A stretch of 62,073 bases of DNA, filler included, from Choristocarpus tenellus KU-1152 (taxonomy: Eukaryota; Protista; Phaeophyceae): NCBI GenBank assembly GCA_964200185.2. It is 11 parts of 11 records of this genome, joined end to end, with 100 filler letters (N's around TTAATTAATTAA, not from the genome) between each part and the next. Parts side by side here need not be neighbours in the genome. Positions count along the whole stretch, not along the records: positions 1 to 3,067 come from CAXNAD020022547.1; positions 3,168 to 6,812 come from CAXNAD020018768.1; positions 6,913 to 14,272 come from CAXNAD020006271.1; 8 more parts are not named here. One strand, given 5' to 3'. This document shows, in pieces, positions 1-12,500 of the stretch. The notes beneath the pieces were generated by a model. The model did not search any database and was not told the origin of the DNA. It saw only the letters and a program-made list of their open reading frames with translations. Made by a program: the position numbers and the translations under genes. Position 1 is the first letter of the stretch; every line of letters begins with the position of its first letter.

Positions 1-5
1 CCAAA

Positions 6-188
6 GGACTCGAAGTATCTGGGGGGGGTGGCGTCTGTCCATTTGGGGTCAAGTTTTTCATGTCGCGATTTTGGAGTGATTTGGTTGCATACGTCCGATG
101 GATAATGTAAATGTACTTTTCCTGATTTTTCCCCAAATGGACACCCTGGTGTAGCCCCCCCCCCCGCCCCCCACAGATACTTTGGGTC
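6..188 (+). mobile_element. MITE family A, full-length copy
   Basis: Left end GGACTCGAAGTATCTG-G(n), right end C(n)-CAGATACTTTGGGTC, subterminal inverted motif GTCCATTTGG/CCAAATGGAC, flanked by AAA/AAA. The body matches copies at 1874, 20581, 45173 and 61842. Confidence 0.9.
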
Positions 189-1873
189 AAAAGCGGACAG
201 TCATAAATATATATGCGTGTGCTGGCCGTAGTGGTTGCCATTTGGCTACTAATCGTTTTTGGTGAAATGTGTATCCACTCAATCCATGCATATTATGAAG
301 GAGGAGAGACTGCAGAACGAGCATGTTCCTGTTTGCCTTTTGGCAGGTCCTACCTTACCACATTTGGTGTTCAGGTGAGTGACCTCCTCATCCAGGTCAA
401 TCAAGCTTTGACTTGATGCACTTCGTTTCACACCAAATGCTGTCATAAGTGGTAAAAAGCACACCAGAAGTCTAACGATCGATACATGAATAATTTGTTC
501 ACATAATGTGTAAGCAGGGTAGAAGAACTTTGTTGTCAATAAAGTTGTTGATCAAAGAAGGGGAGGATGAAAGTATGAAGGAAAAGCTTCCGCCTGATGT
601 CCTTGCGAAAAACAGACACTGGTAGCATGACTTTAAACTGCTTCAATGCTCAATATTGACACAGTGAGGTGTATGAATTCTTATGGAAGGGGTGTGTTTA
701 TCAACATGTAATTCGTTGTATGGTGATGAGGTGGTGACCATAGGGCGTTCCAAAATGTTTACGGCATTTAGCTACAGATGCCATCAATTCGAAACGATGA
801 CTGGTAAGCATGAATCAACCCATGGATATTAGGGAAATACACAATTCGCCCACCTGTGTAGAAGAACACAAAACACAACTCATGTCAAAGAACACACAGA
901 AGTCTAAATTCAGCCTAAACACACTGCAAACACATCAGCAACAACAGTGCAAAACAACGATATACTCAAAACACACTCTATAACGTTTCACAAATGTGTA
1001 ACACGGTTGTGTTGTAACACAACCACAAACTCTTGTAACTACCAAAATCTCCATCAACACTGAGAAACTATGCCTTGATAAGGGCCAAAAGAAATGAGAT
1101 ATCACAAGGTGCATACAAGAAGAATGAATGGGCTTCATCCACATAGTAAACCCAACTGCTTTTTCGCTGATCAGTGTACCTCGTGCGTTATATGCAGGGT
1201 GGTATTCGCAGGACTTGTCAAGAGTTGGACTTACCCAACAAGTAGTTTACCGTAGTAACAGTTATTAAATTATAAAAATAATTGATGACTTTTGTACTTA
1301 TGGTCAAATTGGATCTATCTCTCGGGTATTTCAAGGGAGCAAAACACATCACATTTTGGGAGGTGTGCATCCAAGGGTGACAGGACTGAAGCAGGAGGTC
1401 AACAGGATCTAAACCATACATTACAGCAAGTGACTCTAGTCTGACCTGGATACCTATGAAATGGCCCGCAAGAAAAAAAGATCTAACCCCTTTTCTGATC
1501 CTCCTGAAGCCCCTGTGACACAGTCGCCAGCATCAAATCGAGGCCATGAACGGCAACATGACAATAGTAGTACATACATCAGTGAAACCGCCCCGTCGAT
1601 AATGATTGATTACTGTACGTAATACTGAACGAATGAATGAAGTGACAATCTATAAGACAATGTTGGCAGCAACATATATGTGTATGTGTGTGTATCGCAG
1701 TTTTAGGTGTGCCGAAAGATGCTTCCAAGGGTGGATCATTTGTACTTGAGAGATGTAAACACAACTAGCTCAGTTACTGCCCTCTTCCCACTGTTTTTCC
1801 AGCGAAGTAATTACAAGGGTCTAAATCGATTGCGTGAGCAACAACAAACATTTTTTTTTTGCCTCTAAGATAT

Positions 1874-2173
1874 GGCTCAAAGTATCTGGGGGGAGGTGGC
1901 GGCTGTCCATTTGGGGTCAAGTTTTCATGTCGCGATTTTTGGATGATTTGGTTGCATACGTCCGATGGATAATGTAAAAGCAGCTTTTCCTGATTTTGAC
2001 CATAATGGACACCCTGGCGTAGAATTTACTTTTCTGCTCTCCCACCCCCCAGACTATTACTTCGCTCCCNNNNNNNNNNGTGGTAATATAAAACAACGCC
2101 TTTTCTTTTTTTCAACACAAATAACCCCCCCCGGGCGCCCCCCCCCCCCCCCCCCCCCCAGATACTTTGGGTC
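1874..2173 (+). mobile_element. MITE family A copy with an internal scaffold gap
   Basis: GGCTCAAAGTATCTGGG...CAGATACTTTGGGTC flanked by TAT/TAT; N gap at ~2070-2079. Confidence 0.85.
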
Positions 2174-2963
2174 TATGTTTGCTTGGACAATGTATTGTTT
2201 AGACCCCAGAATAAGTCCTGGGGTGACCGCACTGTGACACTGAAAAAACAATGATCAACTGCTTGTACATACAGGTCACCCTACTGATCCTTTTACGACG
2301 TTATTGAGTGAAATGATCACCAGATCAGGTTGGAGCTTCCTTGAATCAACAGTATTTATCCTGACCATACCAAATACCCACTTATCAACACTGTCATTCC
2401 TTCCATCCTTGCCTCCAGTCTGTCCTCCTCGGTTTGTGTTCTTCCTTCCTAGTTGAGTGCCGATGTTTCCTACTAATGTGCACAAGTGACATTCAGATGT
2501 TGGGAAAGTGCGATCCCTATCAGGTGCTGCAAGGTTGATTATTGTCAATCGCTGGTTATATACTCTACGATAGAATGTTTGGAAATAGTACTCCATTCAC
2601 CCTCCTACTTCCCCCATTCTCTTTTGAGAAACCATCTTGAGATGTAGTAGTAAAATGCACTTGTAAGTAAAACTTGTGTGTGAGTGTGTGTGTGTGTGTA
2701 TAAAGGAGAAATATCTGTGTACTCGGAATAGAACTACCCTTCTAGCAACTACCAGGGTACAACAGAGCAATATGTGGTGATGGTAAGGATGGATTACCAA
2801 TATATTCCTAAGGCCAATGGCATCACTTGGAAGCATAGATGAATTACCTCGACTTAATTAACCGGATCCCACAATAGAACAAATATCCCATGAATATCAA
2901 TCAAGTTCAAATGATGAGATCTATCTTTAGTGTATTTGTGTGTTTTCCTTGCCACCTATGTAT

Positions 2964-3067
2964 GGACTCAAAGTATCTGGGAGGGGGTGGCTGTCCATTT
3001 GGAGTCAAGTTTTTCATGTCGCGATTTTTGGATGATTTGACCCAAAGTATCTGGAGGGGAGGGGGGG
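2964..3067 (+). mobile_element. MITE family A copy interrupted at 3039 by a second, inverted copy; truncated by the contig end
   Basis: The left end and body run to ...GGATGATTT, then GACCCAAAGTATCTGG (reverse complement of the right end) starts at 3039. Confidence 0.8.
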
Positions 3068-3167
3068 NNNNNNNNNNNNNNNNNNNNNNNNNNNNNNNNN
3101 NNNNNNNNNNNTTAATTAATTAANNNNNNNNNNNNNNNNNNNNNNNNNNNNNNNNNNNNNNNNNNNN
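3068..3167. other. Artificial contig spacer (N44-TTAATTAATTAA-N44)
   Basis: The same spacer occurs at 6813-6912, 14273-14372, 17658-17757, 20343-20442, 23948-24047, 30619-30718, 33792-33891, 37495-37594 and 51535-51634. It carries stops in all six frames. Confidence 0.99.
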
Positions 3168-4460
3168 CACCTCTGGAATGAAGTTTGGCCGCTACGTACA
3201 TACGTACCACCTCTAACATGAAAGATGATCACGAGATCTTCTCAACTTAGTAACTCCTTTGTGACTAACCTTCCTTCTTTCTAAGCGTGCCAAAACTACA
3301 CAATAATAACAGCCATTAACACCAAAAATATACACGAAGTACAAGCTTTTCATGTATGTCTAGAGTGAAACATCTGTTCGTTCTTTGTCGACTTGGTAAG
3401 TTTTTATGGTGGATGTGACCTATTAATCCCTTACTTGTACAAACCACATAACACTCGAATAAATATTTCTAACTATTAGAAGAAGACGTATGTATGTATG
3501 TACTGTATAATACAAACTGTAGTGTACCATACATATTATTACAAGAATACCAAAACCGTTACCAGCTCCCCCCGGGGGGGCCCGTCTGTCCTTATACGAG
3601 TGGCTCGGTCGAGGTCCCTTCCAACTCGTAGCGGTGCCCTCCACAAGCACTGAAATATTTTTGAATAAAAATGTATCCCATTCAAAAAGGGGCCCTTAAA
3701 AAGTGCCGCAACAGTAAAAAAAAACATATCAGTACTTTTTCCGCACCATTTTCGGTCAAACCCATCCTCAACGGTACGCTCCATCCTCAATTTTTAAAAT
3801 CCACTGTTACACACATGGAGTACACTGTGGTCTCAACTGTTACAGGCACAACGTACTTGTGAAGCATGTTACATTTTTGAAGGTTCGAAAACTTTACATC
3901 CAAGGTCTACGATGTTGTAGCCACAATCAATCGTACATATACTACGAAGTACAGTAGTACATGATACGAGATGGCTGATATGTTCCTCGTTGCAACAATA
4001 GGTGGGAGTTATTGGATATTATAAAGTAGATTAGCACCCTCGTTTAGGACCACTCTTGTGACAGTTGTACAGTGTCCTTCTGCCACTGCTAGGGTATAAA
4101 GTAGCATCAATAAAAATTGCTGAGGCATTTGACCAGAGGAATGAACTTATACTCGGAGTATTACTACCTGCGTCAACACAACAGAGTAGCAGCAGCCACA
4201 GTAGCATCTCCCCTAGCACTGAAAAAAATATGTCCCATCAGGTACACACATTAACAACACACCTTGTTCTCCCGACCCACATCACCCCAACCGAGAAATA
4301 CTAACAGATGAGAAGAAGACATTAAAAACTCATCCCACAAATTTGACGAAGAACTGCCCGTCTCGCTTGAGGAGGGAATAAATACGCGAACATTTCTGGG
4401 ACCACCTGCCCAACAATGTGAACGGTCCAGCACACTACACCACAGGTCCATCCAACAACA

Positions 4461-5810
4461 CTACTGGTGCCCCCCTCCACTTCTTCGCCACCACCACTCC
4501 ATCTTGCCATTGGCAGTGCGTCTATCGTTGCCTTTGCTCTCTGCCTCTACCGTGCTATTCACAGCAACCAAACCACTGACTTCAACACCTACTTCGTCAG
4601 ACGGCCCCAACCCCCCTTGGAGCTGTGAGGTCCCAGCCGACAACCCTTCCCCAGCTGACCCTGACTTGTTCATGCGTTTCACCTTTCTTCCACCACCTGA
4701 TGATAGATCGATTTGACCTTCAGGGTAGTGCCACCTCTTGACCCCCCTCTTCCTCGCCACCAAGTTCATCCCTTCATTAGGGTAAACCTTTTCGTTTCTC
4801 CACATCTTTGTGCTCTTTCTTTGACTTCCTATCCCCCCATCTCCACCTCCCCCTTCAACAGATACGCCGCCACTACCACCACTGTCTGGTCGAGTCCCCT
4901 TGCCCTTTTCTATGTCCTTATCAATGGTTGCTGAGGCGGTGCTCCCATCCTTTGACTCTTGACTTGCCCCCCCTGTGACACTATTCCACGCAGACTGATA
5001 CCTGGGCAGGTGGGAAGGAACAGGTAACATACCATTGGGTAGGAAAATGGGGGCAATCAGTCCTGTGCAGAGGAAATTCTTGTCAATCGCTCCAGTCCTG
5101 CTCTCTAAGAAGGTAGTGGAGGGGCAGGTGAGGGGATAGGTTAGGAGCGAACTGGACCATAGCAAGGTCTTCCCCTCAGGTATATAATGTAGGGGGAAGG
5201 CAGCAGTGGATCACACTAACGCAGCTCATACCAGTTTTGCCATGGTAGAAGCTGATGAGGCATGGGAAGTCCCCTCCGGGATGGCTCCACCAACTCTTCA
5301 AAGGAAGTGTCGATACGCTGGCTGACTCGGTTGAAGCTTTCGATGGCCAGCTTCAAAACAGAACGGGCCACTGTTGTGAACAAGAACAGATCGAGAGAAA
5401 CATCAGCATTGTCAGTAAAGGCGACAGCTGTAGGGCCAAGCTCATTATGAGGGTAAGCGGATAGGGTCCAGATTAATCCTCACGTATCTAATGTCTTCAG
5501 AATATATATCCAAGGCCGTGACAATTTTCCAGCAGTGGTACGTACAGGCACACAAGGTGGTGCCTGTATCGCTTGAGCAAAGTATCACATGCTTTTCAGA
5601 CAAGTGGTGCTTTCATGTGGAGAAAGGTCATAGTAGTCTATTGGGGATGGAGATTTGATGGAGGTACAAGAAGCAGTGCAACTCCTGAAAACAAAAATAT
5701 TGCACCAGGTTCGTCCAACAAAATACCTGTGCCTCATCAAGACCCTTTCAAGTTTATCTATCCAAGTATATATCATAGAGTCCATGGCTTGTAAGTAAGT
5801 CTTCAAAGGA
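4461..5810 (-). mobile_element. Possible decayed retrotransposon gag-like remnant
   Basis: Broken minus-strand ORFs (including 4461-5165) without splice structure; only vague gag/zinc-knuckle-like character. Confidence 0.2.
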
Positions 5811-7910
5811 AGAGAAAGTACAGATTAATAATCTTTAAAAAAAAACTTCAAAAAAATCATACTTAGGATAAGTCTGCAAAAAAGTCAACACAAAGTTCCC
5901 ACTCCAAGTTTCGAATTTCAAGAGAACGGTTCTAAGGTCAGTTCTCTTTTTCATATATTGAACAATTTTAAGAAACACCATGGCCGGCCACTAAAAAGGG
6001 CGATCTACTAGAAGATGAAATATCGCACCACGAAATCACGCCATCAAATATCGGAACTATTTTTCTCTCTTGAATATGTTTCATTTTATTATTTTCCCCC
6101 AACTACACAACCATCGACCCAAACAGGATTTAAGTTCCATGAACTCAAAAAAAAAAAAAACTAGAGGAGAAATTGTTGATCTTGTATCGAAGTGGCACAT
6201 GTAAAAAAAAAAAAGAGTATCATTGCACTGATTCGAACTGTTTCATACCTCAGGACGATGATGCGGCTCCAACTTGAAGACGGAGGACAAACGACAAAAT
6301 GCGATAAGAATAATAGGAATTTCAAACGCATGTGAAAAAAAAAAAAAAAACTTCCCTGTGGAAATGAATGATATGAAGGAGTCAAGATACGTGCGTATCC
6401 CGCAGGAAGAAGAGCGGGGACAAAAAAAATACGCTAACAAAACTCTCCTCCGGTGGAGTAGTACGAAGTAGAGCGATACTCCCTTCTGTCATGGGTTCCC
6501 CTCTCCTACCCTCAAGATCACCCCCACCTGCATCATGGATCCACAACACACATACATAAAAACGAGACCCTCTGACCACAAGTCACACATTTGTTCTCTC
6601 AACACCATACACAAAAGAGTGCAGTCGACCTAGCCCTCCACCAGGAACACCCAACTACTACCAGCTCACCATGGAAGGAGTCTCCGTGAGATTGGTGGGT
6701 GGGTGGGATAGGTGGCTCAAGAAATATTCAAGGGGAGAGGGGGGGGGGGGGGAAAGGGCAAAATCAAGCACCCCCCCTTATTTATGTTTGCGGCGGTATC
6801 TTGGGGGGTGAGNNNNNNNNNNNNNNNNNNNNNNNNNNNNNNNNNNNNNNNNNNNNTTAATTAATTAANNNNNNNNNNNNNNNNNNNNNNNNNNNNNNNN
6901 NNNNNNNNNNNNCTACCAAAAAGAACCTCATTTGCCTCCTTCCCCCCCCCCCGCTCAAAAAAAAAAATTGCGGTGGAAGATTTAAACTGCACAGAACGTT
7001 CTTCCTCCTGCCATGCACTGCAAGTCTAGGGCAGTCGAGATTGTTCTTGCGCGGTTTCACGACACAGAACATTCCACTTACACTCTCTTTTTATTCACAC
7101 ACACACACACACATGAAAAAAATAAAAATAAAATAGCAATAAAGGCACCATCACCTACCTGTATGGCACTGCTCTCACGTTGGTCATTGGTACAATACAG
7201 ACAATTGCATTTTTCTGTTACAACTTTCCCATTCTTCTTCTTGTACTATAATGACCCTCGGATAATTATTCTGATGATTACTCAGCAGAAACGTTCCTAT
7301 CAATTATATATCCCGTTGTGGAAATTATAATCCAACAACTGATTGTTTGTCCTGCAAAATCATCTTTTACGCATGAATAAAGAGCACGTTCTTAACAAGG
7401 GGGGTTGAAAGTGGGAGGAAGGCAGACTAGAGTTTTGCATGGCAGGAGGAAGGCACTGCCCCCTCGCAACCAAGCCACAACGGAAACAGTTTTAAGATTT
7501 TCTTTTTTATCGGCCTTCGAAAGATTTTAATATATCCCGAATATCTCGACAGGGCTACACGCAAAGTGAAACTACTCTCCTCATCACAAGAGTGATGAAA
7601 GCAGGGCAACACGATCATTCAACAGGAACAAGATCATACCATATAAGAACATATTCACAGAATGAAGGATGTGGACAGGGATGGGGGTGGGGGGGTATTG
7701 TATTCAAGCAGATTCCAAACCCATCTACAAACTCTGATTCAAGTATGCTCTGTTCACCTCGGCAACCGTGTCATGGAGTCTGTCTCAGCAAACCCTCCTC
7801 CATTGATCATGAAACCAGTGCAGGAGAGATAGATTGGATACCAACACTTGACAACCCAAATGCTTCAACCAATCCATTGCAACAAAAGACATGTGAGGGG
7901 GTTCCAATAC

Positions 7911-9426
7911 CTTGGACGTGCGTACCACCTCCAGGAGGGAGCCAAAGAAGAGGCCGTTGAACACGCTGTTGTCTCCAATACGAATGCATAACTGCCATGG
8001 AACATAAAATCCATGGGGGTGGGGTGAACATGGTCTTAGGTGAGAGTGTCGGTGTCTGCAGTAAAAAGGTGTTGAAAATCAAGACCTAAAGAAGTTAAGG
8101 GATAACTTGGAGTGCCTGCCACAGGCCTTGTTGTCACAGGTCAACAGTGGTGATGGACATCCACGCACACTCATTGGCTTGTGACTGACCTCCCGTAACA
8201 TCAAGACAATGGCCTTTTTCCCCATGCTGGCACCCTTGGCTGACACCTCCGCTGCAATATCCCAGTAGGCTCTTGGCCTATTGATACTATCATACCTGAG
8301 GTAGGATATCAAAGGGGTAACAATCGCGTTGCAATATTTTGCGGTGGGGCCCGAAGGGAGGGAGAGGGTGTGGAGCGTGATGTTCTGCTCTCAGGGAGTT
8401 GTTCTTGCACTGTTATGAATCCAGATGGAACGCAAACGGCAGTTTCTCACCGGACTTGTTGTCTCTGCACTTGAAATTCTACAAATAGTAACTTTAAGAA
8501 GTTCCACTCCAGCTACTCCAAAACAATGCAAGGGGAGTCCATCAACACCTCAATTTGGTCGAATCAAATGAAAAAGGGTATCGCACCTCTTTGTCATGTG
8601 CAGTTGTGGTACCTATCCTCGAATATTTAAGATATTTCAACTACGAGTACTAAATAGACAGAATTTCTTGCCTTAGGAAGTGATTCAGGAGCACGTCCTC
8701 CCCCTGCTAGGTTTGCATGGACTAAATGCGAGATCTTGCAAAAACAGTTGAACCAAAGATGAGTGACTTGAAGGAGTGAGCTTACTCCGAGTTGTTTGAC
8801 ATAGAGGTGACAATGACAAGGAGCACCGTCACTTTTGACGATGCTTCAGTAGGTCTCAGTCTAGATAGCAAGGACTAGTTCACCCTTTCTCACGACATCA
8901 TGTTGGGAAGTAGTGCATAGATGTAGGGCCATTGTCGTAGTCGACAGGTAATGGGAAGTTCACTAATCCACAAATGTAATCATACATTAACAACAACTTG
9001 TGCGAGCATAACATAAATATTCATCCACCACTTGCACTCGTCCGGTAGGTGGTCAAAGCACAAATATCTCCTTCGACAGGATGAGACTCTTTCAGCTCGC
9101 CTCATCAGTGCGTATCCGTATCTCTGATCGTAGTACGCGTCATTTTGCCCGTCATCCTCCACCGGGCCACGTCTGCTCTGCGTTTCTGAGGTCACCGTGG
9201 AATGACCTACTCTTGTTCTTCCAGATGCGGGGTAGTGCTTGAGGCTTCCCACACTTCGCCCCCCTCCTCCATGGGAAGAATTGACATGTCCAACGCTCAG
9301 AGGACGCGCTCGGTGCCCCCTCGTCCGTCTGGCATCAGAGACCGGCGATTGGGATCTGGACACAGGGCTAGGCGAACTGCTTCCCAATTGTGGGTCGTCG
9401 AAGGAGCTTGCTCGTGACCTAGGCAT
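7911..9426 (-). CDS. Hypothetical multi-exon protein, 5' part, divergent from ATM1
   Basis: ATG at 9426 opens a Ser/Arg-rich exon (MPRSRASSFDDPQ..., donor uncertain near 9030). Clean exons follow at 8295-8190 (YDSINRPRAYWDIAAEVSAKG...LRE|gtcagt) and 8055-7911 (TPTLSPKTMFTPPPW...), with compatible phases. Confidence 0.6.
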
Positions 9427-9574
9427 CCTCTCCTGTACAAGTATGCATCCTGTTTCAAAATGAGAGTAGAGTCGACATCTTCCCCAAGGTCACCCTGTAG
9501 CGCCACAGAGTAGATCAATCAAAGGTGGATTTCGAGTGACAGACCTGTCTATAGGTCAACTCCTTGCTTGTAGC
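9427..9574. promoter_or_regulatory. Putative bidirectional promoter / shared 5' region
   Basis: Only 148 bp separate the divergent start codons at 9426 (-) and 9575 (+). Confidence 0.45.
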
Positions 9575-12500
9575 ATGATATCGCCTCTAGCTAGGGGTGG
9601 ATTGGCTGGAGCTGTAAAATCCTCTACACCTGCTTATCTAGCTTCGTCCTCTATTTCACGCGGTGTGCATCATGGGTGAGCCCCAATTCCCATTCTCTAC
9701 CTACATTTGAAACACCAAAGACATCTTTGCATACCGAGCATTTGGTGAAGAGGGGTAAAGAAACTATATGACACGCCTCTCAGTTCCATCTATTTTCCTC
9801 CCTCCCCTCCAGTATTGCCAAGAGCTTGACAAGGTCTCGGTGGCGACAAAGGGATAATGCACGACTCAATTGTGTACTACCTGTGCGACCAGAATGCGGA
9901 GGTGGTGTGGCGTATTGTGGCTGCCGCCAGGCCACCTCTGGACCAACCAGGACCAGGGACGGTACTTTTCTGAACGAAAAGAAGTTGAAAGAAAGTCATG
10001 CTGAAAAAGCGATAGCAGGGGGCGTTTCGAAGGGACCAGAGGGAAATGTTGGCGAGGACACCTCAAGGGTGTCAGATGGGAGAGGGGCATGTCGAGGTAG
10101 TGTTCCATCAATTGCCCCACCAAAGGGTGAAGAGCTGTCAGAGAGGGAAAATGCCAAGCGCATCCTACGTACCCTTGCCACTCATCTATGGCCATCGAAA
10201 GAGCTCCAGGTGACTAGAGGGAACGTAGCCACATGAGTCCTCAGTATCTATACTTGGGAAGGTTAGTACCTGTTAATACGGGGGAAGGAAAGGCAGGTAT
10301 TCACTTAATCTATGCTTAGATTAAGGCGGCGTGAGACGGCGATACTCAACATGCTGAGACAAGACTACCACATGACATGAGTTGTCCAGACATTCGATCG
10401 CTCAAGTCCATGCCAGGGTCAGGTGCAGGAATGTGCTCTGTGCCCTCTGACCTCGCACCTGTTTCTGTTCCTCTGTATGTCTTCGTCAGGCCGACCATGC
10501 AAGTATCAAGGTCAGGGTGCTGGGGTCTTTGGGGCTTCTCGTTGGGGCCAAGGTCATCACGATTCAGGTAGGTGAAAATCCTGTCGTGACTTGATTCATC
10601 AATTTTGGATAGATCTGGACTTGATGTGCGGCATGTCACACAGAGCGATCGTAGTTATGGACAATGATGCTTTCCATAAAAGCTAGAGATTGAAAGATCA
10701 GGTAAAAAGGGATGGGCTTATTCTTGAATATTACCTCCTTATTCCCCAAAATTGACACAGGTCAATTCTATCAACCATACACATAGCAGTATTGATGGAC
10801 TTTTGTACTTAGCTATAGTTAGAGATAGGGTTCTGTATTACTTTTGATATGGATTAGCCAAGATAGTGTGATCTATGTATATCTGACTTCCCATAATACT
10901 TTGATGGGGAAGCTGTCTAATCATAGTTTGAGGACAGCACATTCAAAGATGCAAGATATGGTTGGGTACATCGTAGCTTTGGAGCAGAGATATGGGAGTT
11001 TCTCAGTATATGACTGAATGGAAGTTTTTAGACAGCCTTTGTAGTCAATATTAGTGCACTATGTCGCGATGGAGAATATGCGCAAGAGTCAGTGCAAGCT
11101 ATTCTTTAGATCAGCAGATCATTGACAGTTTGACATTGGTATTTTGCTGGAATGGCTTGCCAAATCCCTATTCACCTGTCATCTACCTATTCACACGTCC
11201 TTCCCGGCGGAACAATGACGTACTTTTGCATGTAGAAGTTCTCGGGGCAGACAAAAGCAAAGTACAGGGTGTACCTTTTGTTGGTATGTAGCTAGTTGGT
11301 GATGCTTGACTTACGTGTCCGGTGACGACACTCTGAAGACTCTGATGCGTTTTAGTCAACATCGAACCTGGTCCATGCGGGCAATGCGATCAACATTTTT
11401 GGATGACGGCCAGAGGCTTGTGATCGATGTTGACTAAAATGCCTTGCGTGGTGAGCGAGTGAGGTGCACGGTGAGGAAAAAGAGAGCGACTGTGCATCCA
11501 TGTGAAGGCATTTTTCTTCACTGTCCTTTTTAACTCCTCTTCTCCTGGACAAGTGGGTGCGCGTGGTGTGCATGGTTTAAACGAACGGTCTCTCCGTAGT
11601 TGTTTCTTCTTTTTTTTCAGCTGCCAGTTACGTCACGGCGAGGTTAACGCCAAAGCTGCCGCGGGAAGGGTACGGTTTCAGTCCGCTGGTACCATGCATG
11701 CATGCCGTGCCTACATACCCCAGATAAAGTTGTCTCCAATCGGCTATGCATAGTAACTCTAGGTGAATGGCTGTTGCCAGCTGCCGGGGTTGCAAAGGAA
11801 TCAACTAAACCTCTCACTTATGCAGTGGAAGTTTCTGTTCTGCACCAGGTAACAAGTACTTTGAATATGTATGTATTTATGTATGTATATATATATTTAT
11901 TTTTTTGGATTTTTTGGATTTTTTTTTCATGTATGTACATTATTTTCATACTTTTGGTTAGAGCCGGTGGTAATTTTTTTGTCGCGTATCTTGTTGGATT
12001 TTTGGATGACTACAACGTCATAACTATACTACGCCTCTTGTTCTTGTCCAGAACCATATATTTGAACGCAGTGACAATTCATGCATGTCGGAGAGGCTCT
12101 CTCTCTCTCTATCCGTCATCTCTCATCCGTCATCTCCTTACCTGTCAGGTCGAGTTTTGTTCACTATTTGTGGGCCCCCTGTGCCTTGAACTGGACGCAA
12201 AACTAGACGTACCTATGGCGGAAGGGAGTTTGGAGTAGCGATGACGCCAAAGTCGAAACGCAATGGGTTTAGGGTAATTAATTAACTTTGTTGAATCTTA
12301 GGTTGTTGATGGAGAATGAAAACAGTCCCTGGTGGAGGCATGTATGCGTATGTAGACAACACCGTCAAACAATCGTCAGCGATACGAAATACGAGGTTTG
12401 GCTCGTACTATACGAAATCGATTGCTTTTTTTTGGGGTGTGTGTGTGTACAAAATATCTATCTACACTATCAATTTACATCCATCTATCTACACTATCAA

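Noticed and set aside
3068-3167. Recurrent TTAATTAATTAA palindrome within N runs
   Set aside because: An artificial concatenation linker. Adjacency across these spacers has no biological meaning.
10346-10639. Minus-strand ORF suggesting a gene interleaved with ATM1
   Set aside because: It is the antisense shadow of ATM1 exon 10490-10567.
12142-12213. Minus-strand exon-like segment (tag|...|gtaagg) inside ATM1 intron 3
   Set aside because: Isolated, with no recognisable product, and it cannot be joined into a model.
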